This document shows positions 55,648 to 64,000 of a DNA stretch of 64,000 nucleotides, piece after piece; position 1 is the first letter of the stretch, and the number at the start of each line of letters is the position of its first letter. The stretch comes from Candidatus Micrarchaeota archaeon. GTDB lineage: Archaea > Micrarchaeota > Micrarchaeia > Anstonellales > Anstonellaceae. The stretch spans positions 7,484-71,483 of the forward strand of contig CAYMOY010000001.1 of assembly GCA_964392435.1 (NCBI GenBank), written 5' to 3'. The position numbers were made by a program, and so were the translations under genes. Under the pieces are notes generated by a model. The model was not told where the DNA came from. It saw only the letters and a list, made by a program, of their open reading frames with translations, and did not search any database.

Positions 55648-55866
55648 TCATCTCCAGGCTGGAGAAAAAGCAACTGGCGCCTCTGGTTCGCCAGAACGGA
55701 CAATCGCCCTCCAAACAGTCATGTGCGACACCTTCATGGCATCAGCCACCTCTCTGACTGGCATGCCCTCGCTGAAGTAAAGCTGCAGCGCCAGGGCGAC
55801 TTGCTCCCGTGTCATCTTTCTGGGTCTTCCGGCCCAGCATTTCTCAGCATTTCCGAATTTTTCCAT
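55648..55866 (-). CDS. Small HTH DNA-binding protein
   Basis: GRPRKMT...MPVREVADAMKVSHMTVWR; GGAGG RBS. Confidence 0.65.
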   Translation of the reverse strand: MEKFGNAEKCWAGRPRKMTREQVALALQLYFSEGMPVREVADAMKVSHMTVWRAIVRSGEPEAPVAFSPAWR

Positions 55867-56167
55867 TGCAAACCCCTCCGTTTTTCCCTATTCCAAAAGG
55901 GGCGCAAAAAGTGCGACCGCTAATGGTCATACGGTCCGGAGGCCCGTGCAGTTTGCCAGCCACACAAGCCAGTGCTCATCCAGCACAGACAAGCTTCAGA
56001 ATAAGAGCGGTGCTGGGCATGGGCGAAAAATGCCTATATGCGAATTTTTTCCCAGCCATTTTCTGCACCGCAAAACTCAGTATATGCTTGACTGGGAAAG
56101 AGTATTTATATGTTTGTAACAGGCCGTGTTGCATCTGAAATGAGGTTTGCGCATCTTGTTTTTCTGC

Positions 56168-57121
56168 TTATTTTATCAGCAGCAGCTGGGCCAAAAGCGC
56201 CTCGACCTGCAGCATCTCATTCGCGCCTTCGACCAGCCTGAAGTTGTACTCGCCAATCTTGTCAACGATTGCGACTTTTTCCCGCTCGGTTATGGTAAGC
56301 GCATCCACGGTCCGGTACATCTGCAGCAGCACGTCCTCCCCTGACATCCCATAGCTTATCATCAGCTGATGCAGCTTTTTTCTGGCATCTATAAACTTCC
56401 TGTCCAGCGCCAGCTCCATCATCTGCTTCACTTCGGCGGGCTCTGCCCTGCTTGAGGACTTGTAAACAGACTCTGCGGTGATGCTTTTCGAGTGCAGCGC
56501 AGCCCCCTGCAGCGCGTTTATGGCCCTGCGCATGTCCCCCTCGGATACATAAAGAAGGGCCTCCATCGCCTTTCCGTCAACCTTCAGTTTCTGCCCGTTT
56601 GACACCCGGTCTATCATCTCCTTGCATTCCTCCGCGCTTAGAGGGCGGAAGCGGAAAACGGAGCAGCGAGACTGGATGGGCTCTATTATCTTCGATGAGT
56701 AGTTTGCAGATAGTATGAAGCGCGTCACGTTCACGTAGATTTCCATCGTCCTGCGAAGGGCGTTTTGCGCGTCATTGGTGAGCGAGTCAGCTTCGTCCAG
56801 AAAGATTATCTTGAAAGGCACCTCGCCCAGCGAGACGGTGCGGGCAAAGTCCTTTATCTTGCCCCTAACAACATCTATGCCCCTCTCATCCGAGGCATTC
56901 AGTTCCAATATGCTCTCCTTGTAGCTCTCGCCGTACAAGTCCCGGGCAAGCGCAATGGCGGCAGTGGTTTTCCCAATGCCGGGCGGCCCGGCAAAAAGCA
57001 GGTTGGGCATGTTCTTTTCCTTGACGTAAGCCTTGAGTATTGATACGGTTTCTTTCTGGCCCACAATGTCCTTCAGGCTGCGCGGGCGGTATTCCTCAGT
57101 CCAAGGCGTGTATTCCGACAT
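56168..57121 (-). CDS. rfcS: Replication factor C small subunit
   Basis: WTEEYRP, GPPGIGKTT, ELNASDERG, DEAD, SRC. Confidence 0.95.
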   Translation of the reverse strand: MSEYTPWTEEYRPRSLKDIVGQKETVSILKAYVKEKNMPNLLFAGPPGIGKTTAAIALARDLYGESYKESILELNASDERGIDVVRGKIKDFARTVSLGEVPFKIIFLDEADSLTNDAQNALRRTMEIYVNVTRFILSANYSSKIIEPIQSRCSVFRFRPLSAEECKEMIDRVSNGQKLKVDGKAMEALLYVSEGDMRRAINALQGAALHSKSITAESVYKSSSRAEPAEVKQMMELALDRKFIDARKKLHQLMISYGMSGEDVLLQMYRTVDALTITEREKVAIVDKIGEYNFRLVEGANEMLQVEALLAQLLLIK

Positions 57122-57197
57122 GTTCCCCCCCTCTTACTTGCTGCGACAAATACTTATATACATTGGGCATAACAATTAGCCAGCATCGGGGAAAGCT

Positions 57198-57527
57198 ATG
57201 GATGATTTCACATTTTCGCTTGCGGCAGGGGCAGCAGTTTCGGCGCTAGCACTGCTTCTGTTTTCCCCAAGCGGTTTTTCGCTTGCCGCATTCATCTTCC
57301 TTCTGGCGCTTTCGCAGGCGGGTTTTTTCGCCCGGTCAGCGCTTTTGAAATCGGGTTTTGCCCCAAAGCGAGCGGAATACATGTTCATCGCTGCCGTTGT
57401 TGCCTGTTTTTTTGCCGCAGCATTGTCCCTGGGGGTAAAATTCGGGGAAATGACCCAGGTTTTTCCGGTTCCTCTGGCTCTTTGTGCCGCTCCGGCGGCT
57501 TTGCTGTCCAAGCATTACTTCTCTTAG
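57198..57527 (+). CDS. Small membrane protein
   Basis: Hydrophobic 109-aa ORF. Confidence 0.5.
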   Translation: MDDFTFSLAAGAAVSALALLLFSPSGFSLAAFIFLLALSQAGFFARSALLKSGFAPKRAEYMFIAAVVACFFAAALSLGVKFGEMTQVFPVPLALCAAPAALLSKHYFS

Positions 57528-57531
57528 GTGA

Positions 57532-60500
57532 TTGCCTTTGCATGACCAAGTGAAACTGGAGCATTCCATTCTGGATTTCTGGAAAAAGGAGAAGATATAT
57601 TCAGAGGTCAAGCTCCAGAACAAGGTGGGCAAGGCATTCTATTTCTGCGACGGGCCCCCTTATGCCACCGGGCAGATACATCCTGGCACAGCATGGAACA
57701 AGTCCATAAAGGACGCAATCTGCCGCTACAAGCGCGCAAATGGCTTTTCGGTGCGGGCGCAGCCTGGCTTTGACACGCACGGCCTTCCAATCGAGGTGAA
57801 AGTAGAGCAGACCCTCAAAATATCTGACAAGCGCCAGATTGAAAAGCTCGGGGTGGAGGCTTTTGTGGAGAAATGCAAGGTCTTTGCCACCCAATATATA
57901 GGCGTGATTTCGGACCAGTTCATCCGCTGCGGTGTCTGGATGGATTTCGAAAGCCCCTACATAACATACAAAGACAGCTATATCGAATCTTCCTGGAAAA
58001 CCCTTGCCGCAGCACACCAGAAAGGTTTGCTGCACGAGGGCGTGTATGTGGTGCCCTATTGCAGCCGCTGCGAAACCACGCTTGCCAACTACGAGCTGGA
58101 ATACTCAGAGCAGTCCGACCCGTCAATATATGTGAAATTCAAGTCGGTCTCTTCGGACAACGAATACTTCATCATTTGGACCACCACGCCTTGGACGCTG
58201 GTCTCCAACATGGCAATAATGGCGCACCCCATTTACACATATGTGAAGGTGAGGGTGGGGGACGAAATCTGGATATTGGCAAAGGACCGATTGGACCATC
58301 TGATGGGCTTGGTGGGGCAGCCATCCGCAGTGCTCGGGGAAATCTCGGGCAAGAAGCTTGAGAAAGAAAAGTACGAGCACCCCCTCCAGGACAAAATCGG
58401 AAAGCAATGCGAACGCAGGGTCGTCCTGTCTGACGAATTTGTCACCCTTGAGGATGGCAGCGGCTTGGTGCATTGCGCCCCGGGGCATGGGCCTGAGGAC
58501 TTCATAATCGGCAAGCGGTTCGGGCTGGAGATATTCTCACCTGTGGACGGGGCTGGCAAATTCACCCGGGATGCCGGAGCCTACCATGGCACACAGGTGA
58601 GGGCAGCCTCTGAAAAGGTGATAGAGGACCTTCGGGCTTGCAAAGCGCTGGTGCACTCCTCTTCAGTCACCCACAGGTATCCCCACTGCTGGCGCTGCAA
58701 AACGCCACTCATCTTCATGGCAACAGACCAGTGGTTCATCACGATAAGCAAGCTCAAGGAGAAGATGCTATCTGAGATAGAAAATTGCGACTGGAACCCT
58801 CCGTTTGCAAAAACGCGCTTCCGCGAATTCGTTGCAGGCGCCCCGGATTGGTGCATCAGTCGCCAGCGCTATTGGGGCATACCATTGCCCATCTGGAAAT
58901 GCGGAAGCTGCAGCCACCTCAAAGTGGTCAGCTCAAGGGCTGAGCTTCCCCCCGTTTCAGAGCTTCATCGCCCATACATAGACCGCGTGAAGCTCAAATG
59001 CGAAAAATGCGGCTCTGCCGCGCACAGGATACCGGACATACTCGACGTCTGGTTCGACTCTGGCAATGCGGTATGGGCATCACTCTCCGAAGAGGAGAGG
59101 CGCAACGAAGCCTTTGCGCGCACAGAATTCATAGTGGAGGGGAAAGATCAGACGCGCGGCTGGTTCTACTCGCTTTTAGGCTCAGGGGTTGTGCTCAATA
59201 ACGAGATACCTTACAAGACGCTTCTAATGCACGGATTTTTCGTTGATGAAAAAGGGGAAAAGATGAGCAAGTCGGTGGGCAATTTCGTACCTCTTGAAGA
59301 GGTGGTTGACAAGTACGGCGCAGATTCCTTCCGGCTTTGGGCGCTTTCCAACACAGTGTGGGAAGACCTGCGCTTCAACTGGAATGAGATAAAAGAAGCG
59401 CATGGGACGATAGGCACCATATACAACCTGGGCGTGTTCCTCTCACGATTCTGCAATTCACAGGCCAAGCCAATCATCCCATCCGATGAATATCTGCGCA
59501 TAGAGGATAAGTGGCTGCTTTCACGGCTTTCAGCAACCGTATCTGAATGCGGGGGAGCGTTCGATTCTTACAAGCCTCACCTGGCAGCCAAGGCGGTGCG
59601 CGAATTCCTTCTTGAGGACATCAGCAGGTTCTACATGAAGCTGGCAAAGCAGAGGATAGATGAGGAAGGCGATGGGTGCCCGGCAATTGCAGTGCTATAT
59701 TCTGCAATATTCGAATCCCTCTGCCTGCTTTCCCCCATCGCGCCATTCATATCCGAGGGAATCTACCAGTCATTCTATCGAAAATACGAGGGCAAGAAAT
59801 CAATAAGCCTGTTCTCCTGGCCTGTTGCTGACAAGAGGCGCCACGATGCATTGCTTGAGAAAAGGTTCGCAATCTCCCGCCAGATAGGCACGGCAATCGC
59901 CTCGGCAAGGCAAAAGGCGAATGTGCCTCTGCGCTGGCCAATGGATGAGGCGCGAATAGTCTCCGAGTCCACCGAAGTGCTTTCTTCTGTGGAGCACCTC
60001 TCCGGATTGATAGAGGCGCTTGGGAATGTGCGCCTGGTCCGGGCGGCCAAGCAGCCCAAGACGGAAATAATAGTCTCGATAAACCGCTCGAAAGTCGGGG
60101 CAAAATTCAAGCGGGAATCGCCAGCCGCAATCAAGGCATTGGAGCAAGTGCCCCCCGCTGAAATATCAGCCTGGATTTCTGGCGGTGGCAAGGAGCTGGT
60201 TCTGGCGGATAAGTTTGCAATCGAGCCTGACATGGTCAGCCTGGAGGAGACATCCGAGGGCTTTGCAATAGCCGCATTTGACGGCGGCAAGGTCTACCTC
60301 AAAAAAGAGATAAGGCGCGAGCTATATGAGGAGGCGATGGTGCGGGAGGTGGCCCGCCGCGTGCAGCTGATGAGGAAGGAAAGGAAGCTGGTGGAGTCCG
60401 ACGCAATATCTCTGCACATGCAAACAGATGACAAGGAGCTTGCCTCAATTTTGCGCAAGCACGCCTCGGAGCTCGCATCCCAGGTCAATGCGCAGGAAGT

Positions 60501-60600
60501 CATCTTCGCCAAAATATCAGGCGGCTTTTCCAAGGAATGGGCGATAGGCGAAGCGGAGGTTTCAATCTCATTTGAGAAGAAGCGAGGCTCCCCAGAATAA
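57532..60600 (+). CDS. ileS: Isoleucyl-tRNA synthetase
   Basis: DGPPYATG.IHPG, WTTTPWTL, ISRQRYWG, DQTRGWF, KMSKS. Confidence 0.97.
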   Translation: MPLHDQVKLEHSILDFWKKEKIYSEVKLQNKVGKAFYFCDGPPYATGQIHPGTAWNKSIKDAICRYKRANGFSVRAQPGFDTHGLPIEVKVEQTLKISDKRQIEKLGVEAFVEKCKVFATQYIGVISDQFIRCGVWMDFESPYITYKDSYIESSWKTLAAAHQKGLLHEGVYVVPYCSRCETTLANYELEYSEQSDPSIYVKFKSVSSDNEYFIIWTTTPWTLVSNMAIMAHPIYTYVKVRVGDEIWILAKDRLDHLMGLVGQPSAVLGEISGKKLEKEKYEHPLQDKIGKQCERRVVLSDEFVTLEDGSGLVHCAPGHGPEDFIIGKRFGLEIFSPVDGAGKFTRDAGAYHGTQVRAASEKVIEDLRACKALVHSSSVTHRYPHCWRCKTPLIFMATDQWFITISKLKEKMLSEIENCDWNPPFAKTRFREFVAGAPDWCISRQRYWGIPLPIWKCGSCSHLKVVSSRAELPPVSELHRPYIDRVKLKCEKCGSAAHRIPDILDVWFDSGNAVWASLSEEERRNEAFARTEFIVEGKDQTRGWFYSLLGSGVVLNNEIPYKTLLMHGFFVDEKGEKMSKSVGNFVPLEEVVDKYGADSFRLWALSNTVWEDLRFNWNEIKEAHGTIGTIYNLGVFLSRFCNSQAKPIIPSDEYLRIEDKWLLSRLSATVSECGGAFDSYKPHLAAKAVREFLLEDISRFYMKLAKQRIDEEGDGCPAIAVLYSAIFESLCLLSPIAPFISEGIYQSFYRKYEGKKSISLFSWPVADKRRHDALLEKRFAISRQIGTAIASARQKANVPLRWPMDEARIVSESTEVLSSVEHLSGLIEALGNVRLVRAAKQPKTEIIVSINRSKVGAKFKRESPAAIKALEQVPPAEISAWISGGGKELVLADKFAIEPDMVSLEETSEGFAIAAFDGGKVYLKKEIRRELYEEAMVREVARRVQLMRKERKLVESDAISLHMQTDDKELASILRKHASELASQVNAQEVIFAKISGGFSKEWAIGEAEVSISFEKKRGSPE

Positions 60601-60651
60601 CATATATATTACTTTGCCCTTATATCGAGGTCAACGCTATTAGGTGATGGA

Positions 60652-60831
60652 TTGATTTGCGAAAGATGCTCCGACCAGTGCTATACGACTGAAAAATGCA
60701 ACTATTGCAGCAAGAACGTCTGCGAGGCTTGCAAGAAGTCTGCAAAGCGCGTCAAGAAAGTGCGCCGCTTCGTCATATGCAAGGACTGCTGGGGCAACAT
60801 AGCCAAGCGCAGCAAGTTCAAGGCGCTTTAG
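60652..60831 (+). CDS. Small zinc-binding protein (59 aa, four CxxC), missed by the ORF track
   Basis: GGTGA RBS then TTG: MICERCSDQCYTTEKCNYCSKNVCEACKKSAKRVKKVRRFVICKDCWGNIAKRSKFKAL*. Confidence 0.75.
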   Translation: MICERCSDQCYTTEKCNYCSKNVCEACKKSAKRVKKVRRFVICKDCWGNIAKRSKFKAL

Positions 60832-60882
60832 GCAGACCGAGAGTTTTTTTAACTATCACTGCTTCTTAATTCCGGTGAAGTC

Positions 60883-62154
60883 TTGCCTAGGATTACCAAA
60901 GTCATAGCCCGCGAAGTGCTCGACTCGCGGGGCAATCCGACCGTGCAGGCGGAAGTGTTCTCTGAAAAGGGATGGGGGAGGGCGACCGCGCCCTCAGGGG
61001 CATCGACAGGCGTGCACGAGGCTCTCGAGCTTCGAGACGGGGGAAGCCGCTATGGCGGCAAGGGCGTGACAAAGGCAATCGCCAGCGTCAACGGCCCGAT
61101 AGCCAAGGCTCTCTTTTCCGCAGAGGCATCGGACCAGCGCGCGATAGATGCGCTGCTTTGCGACCTGGACGGCACGCCCAACAAGTCAAGGCTTGGGGCG
61201 AACGCGACCACCGCGGTTTCGCTTGCTGTCGCGCAATGCGCAGCTTCAGAGGAAGGGGTGGGGCTTTATCGGATAATTGCCAGGGGAAAAAAGCCGATTC
61301 TGCCTTCTCCAATGATGAATGTCATCAACGGGGGCAAGCACGCCGGAAGCGGGCTTTCGATACAGGAGTTCATGATTTTCCCAATCGGCTTTCAAAAATT
61401 CTCAGAGGCTCTTCGCGCTGGCTCTGAGATTTACCATTCTCTTGGGGAGCTGATTGCGAAAAAATACGGCAAGCAGGCAACCGGGCTTGGGGATGAGGGG
61501 GGGTTTGCCCCTCCGTGCAAAACAACCGGCGATGCACTCGACCTTCTAGAATCTGCAACAGAGGATTGCGGTTACCTAAAAAAAGTGAAGTTTGCGATTG
61601 ATTCTGCGGCATCCTCTTTCTTCGAGGCAAAGTCTGAAAAGTACCTGGTGGACGGCAAGAAGCTCTCGGCAGGTCAGCTTTCAGACTTTTACGTGCGCCT
61701 TGCAAAAGAATACCCCCTGGAGTCAATCGAGGACCCATTTGAAGAAGAGGCGTTTGACGAGTTTGCGGCCCTTCACAAGAGGCTTTCCGGCAAGGTGCAG
61801 CTTGTGGGGGACGACATTTTTGTCACCAGCCTTTCCCGACTGAAGAGGGGCATAGCCACGAATTCAGCATCCGCGCTTCTCCTAAAAGTGAACCAGGTTG
61901 GCACGCTCACCGAGGCGCTTGACGCGGCAGAGCTTTGCAGGCAAAGCAGCATGGGCGTGGTGGTTTCGCACCGCTCTGGGGAAACGGAGGACACCTCGAT
62001 AGCGGACATTGCAACCGGAATAGCCTGCGGGCAGATAAAGACCGGCTCGCTTGCGCGGGCAGAGCGGACTGCAAAATACAACCGCCTCTTGCAGATAGAG
62101 GACGAGTTGCCTCCCACCAGCTTTGCGGCTGGGTCTAAGATAGCAAAGGGATGA
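60883..62154 (+). CDS. eno: Enolase
   Basis: DSRGNPTV, PSGASTG, GDEGG, LLKVNQ, SHRSGETED. Confidence 0.97.
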   Translation: MPRITKVIAREVLDSRGNPTVQAEVFSEKGWGRATAPSGASTGVHEALELRDGGSRYGGKGVTKAIASVNGPIAKALFSAEASDQRAIDALLCDLDGTPNKSRLGANATTAVSLAVAQCAASEEGVGLYRIIARGKKPILPSPMMNVINGGKHAGSGLSIQEFMIFPIGFQKFSEALRAGSEIYHSLGELIAKKYGKQATGLGDEGGFAPPCKTTGDALDLLESATEDCGYLKKVKFAIDSAASSFFEAKSEKYLVDGKKLSAGQLSDFYVRLAKEYPLESIEDPFEEEAFDEFAALHKRLSGKVQLVGDDIFVTSLSRLKRGIATNSASALLLKVNQVGTLTEALDAAELCRQSSMGVVVSHRSGETEDTSIADIATGIACGQIKTGSLARAERTAKYNRLLQIEDELPPTSFAAGSKIAKG

Positions 62155-62158
62155 CATC

Positions 62159-62572
62159 ATGCTTACATTCACTCTTGAGGAAAAAAGAAAATTCCCGCTG
62201 ATTTCGCTTCTGTTCAATATCTCCCTTGGCGCTCTGCTTTTGCTTGGCGCATTATCAATGTCATTTGCAAATTTCATGCTGGGGGCGATATTGTTTTCTC
62301 TGGGGCTGGTGCTGCTTCTTGGCAATGAATACCTGGCTTTCCGCCGCTTGAAGATACGCGGCTTTGCCAGGGCAAAAACCGTCTCGCCGACAGCGTTCCT
62401 TTCGGGTATTCTCAATTTTGCGATATTGGCTCTTTTCCCAGCAGTTGCCGCGCTGGTGCTTTATTTCGGCTTTGGGGCGGAAGAAAGAGTTCTGCTGCTG
62501 GTCTTCGCATCTCTTTGTGTTGCCAGCATAAAGGTGGCTGCCCGCACAGCCGAGCTATTCCTTGTAAAATAA
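62159..62572 (+). CDS. Membrane protein
   Basis: 4 hydrophobic helices. Confidence 0.55.
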   Translation: MLTFTLEEKRKFPLISLLFNISLGALLLLGALSMSFANFMLGAILFSLGLVLLLGNEYLAFRRLKIRGFARAKTVSPTAFLSGILNFAILALFPAVAALVLYFGFGAEERVLLLVFASLCVASIKVAARTAELFLVK

Positions 62573-62624
62573 GCCCATAAAGTCCCGCTGCACCTGCCCC
62601 GGGCGAATGTGGGGGAAAAGGCGC

Positions 62625-62948
62625 TTACTGCAGACCATATTTTTTCCTTATTCCGTTTTCCGGATGCTCTGCGACGGCGCGCAGCTGCTCAACCAGAAAG
62701 CCCACAAGCGTCTTTGCAGCCTCGGCTTCCTTCTCGCTTTTGCCCTCAAGGCGGCTGTCTATGTTGCTGCGCCAGTTCCATTGGGCGGCAAGCTTGCTTT
62801 TGTCCCCTGTCCGGTCTACTTCGTGCAAGGTGGTAAGGACCAGAAGATAGGGCCTCCCATCGCTTTCTTTCATCAGCTTCTCATTCGCCTCATCGACTAT
62901 TTTGCGAACCCTTTCCTCTTCCTCGGTTATTTTTTTCTCGTCTGCCAT
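62625..62948 (-). CDS. Hypothetical protein
   Basis: GAGGT RBS, 107 aa. Confidence 0.6.
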   Translation of the reverse strand: MADEKKITEEEERVRKIVDEANEKLMKESDGRPYLLVLTTLHEVDRTGDKSKLAAQWNWRSNIDSRLEGKSEKEAEAAKTLVGFLVEQLRAVAEHPENGIRKKYGLQ

Positions 62949-62977
62949 GATGATTACCTCTTTTGCGCGCCAGCGCA

Positions 62978-63089
62978 AAACTGCACGGATGGCGAAGCGC
63001 CTCGGGCAGGATGGAGCAAACCGAAGGTTTGCGACAGCTTTGGAGCTTCAGCTCCAAACTGCACTGATGGCGAAGCGCCTCGGGCAGGA
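62978..63089 (-). repeat. tRNA-Asn 3'-end echo (about 34-bp direct repeat) with hairpin spacer
   Basis: AAACTGCAC(G/T)GATGGCGAAGCGCCTCGGGCAGGA at 62978-63011 and 63056-63089. Confidence 0.88.
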
Positions 63090-63205
63090 CTTGAACCTGC
63101 GACCTATGGATTGCTGCCGTTGCATTCGCAACAGTTAACAGTCCATCGCTCTACCGTTCAGTCTCAAGAGGGCGCACCCTCAAGAAAAGACTGAGCTACC
63201 GAGGC
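63076..63205 (-). tRNA. tRNA-Asn(GTT) with two introns: 33 nt in D-loop (63156-63188) and 24 nt at 37/38 (63112-63135)
   Basis: GCCTCGG/CCGAGGC-G; spliced TAGCTCAGTCGGTAGAGC; ATGGA-CTGTTAA-TCCAT; mature length 73. Confidence 0.92.
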
Positions 63206-63238
63206 AGATTGTCCAAAACGTCTCTATAGTTTTGTCCA

Positions 63239-63368
63239 TGCCACTGGCCGGATTTGAACCAGCAACACATCGGTGCCGAAACCACCGGCGGATTTTGGCG
63301 CATCCTGCGTCCGTTACTCCGCTGGCAATTCTTCAGCCGATTGCTCTCCCAGGTTGAGCTACAGTGGC
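63239..63368 (-). tRNA. tRNA-Phe(GAA) with about 56-nt anticodon-loop intron
   Basis: GCCACTG/CAGTGGC-A; ATCGG-CTGAAGA-CCGAT after splicing. Confidence 0.9.
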
Positions 63369-63401
63369 GTGCATTCGATTGTACGGAAAAACGTTAATAA
63401 A

Positions 63402-63818
63402 TCAAAGCCTATCCCCCAATGCCCGCCCGGCATGCTCCCTCATGAGGCACCTGTCCATCACAACCAGCAGCCCCGCCTCCTCCGCCTCCGAGGCGGCAGC
63501 AGGGCTTATTACACCCTCCTGCATCCAGACTGCCTTTGCCCCCAATTCAATTGCTGATGCAACTATGGGCGGTACCTTCTCGCTTTTCTGGAAAATGTTC
63601 ACCACGTCTATCTTGAATGGGACGGTTTCAAGGCTGGGATAGCTTTTCTCCCCCATCCACATCTGCACTGACGGGTTGACCGGCACCACGCGGTATCCTT
63701 GCATCTTGAGGTAAGATGCCACCCTGAATGAGGGCCTCTCCTTTTTGTCAGAAAGCCCGACTATCGCAACGGTCTTCATCCCAAGTATCTTCCCTATAGT
63801 TTCAGGCTCGTTCATCAT
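63402..63818 (-). CDS. CoA-binding protein (YccU-like)
   Basis: AIVGLSDKKERPSFRV, VPVNP, VWMQEG, VVMDRC. Confidence 0.9.
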   Translation of the reverse strand: MMNEPETIGKILGMKTVAIVGLSDKKERPSFRVASYLKMQGYRVVPVNPSVQMWMGEKSYPSLETVPFKIDVVNIFQKSEKVPPIVASAIELGAKAVWMQEGVISPAAASEAEEAGLLVVMDRCLMREHAGRALGDRL

Positions 63819-64000
63819 TAAGCCTCGCCATTGCTCCTGCAAAGTGCGCTGATGATTTCTCCGTGCGGGGCATCTGTGCGCACCGCGGTCGGGCAAAAAT
63901 GCGTCCGCCCTGCCGCAAACCCTTTCTTTCTAAGGCTGCCAAGCGCCTCTTCAATCCCCATTATCCTGCCCTTCATTTTCTTTGCCAGATGGTGAAGGTC
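63818..64000 (-). CDS. C-terminus of tRNA (guanine-26) methyltransferase Trm1-like protein, partial
   Basis: Hand translation ...LRKKGFAAGRTHFCPTAVRTDAP...*. Confidence 0.65.
   Translation of the reverse strand, partial: DLHHLAKKMKGRIMGIEEALGSLRKKGFAAGRTHFCPTAVRTDAPHGEIISALCRSNGEA

Noticed and set aside
55648..55866. Transposase or resolvase remnant
   Set aside because: Only an HTH; no catalytic domain, terminal inverted repeats or target duplication

Overview
Archaeal chromosome segment. Histone, thermosome, SmAP, Hef, Hjc, ABCE1, pelota, RFC, DnaG and BHB-intron tRNAs are all present. The gene set and tRNA introns at non-canonical positions suggest a DPANN archaeon, probably Micrarchaeota-like (inference). 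It carries about 60 CDS: housekeeping genes, NAD/CoA/inositol-lipid enzymes, two P-type ATPases, large surface proteins and small accessory modules (AbiE-like pair, YhcG, degenerate Fic, RelBE-like pair). RNA genes are 7 tRNAs (6 with introns, 8 introns in total, 4 of them non-canonical), RNase P RNA and at least one box C/D sRNA. The most striking unexplained pattern is a recurring '3'-end echo' architecture. The last 12-40 nt of tRNA genes (Val-TAC, Val-GAC, His, Asn) and of protein genes (thermosome, DUF359 kinase, membrane HTH regulator) are repeated downstream 1-2 times, with short hairpin spacers between copies. Echoes of protein ends differ by synonymous or conservative changes, and their hairpin arms co-vary. 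Near-identical spacer modules occur at different tRNAs, and one unit carries an AbiE-like toxin-antitoxin cargo. No integrase is visible in the window. Products come from motif recognition only; several start codons were reassigned by eye from the ORF track.
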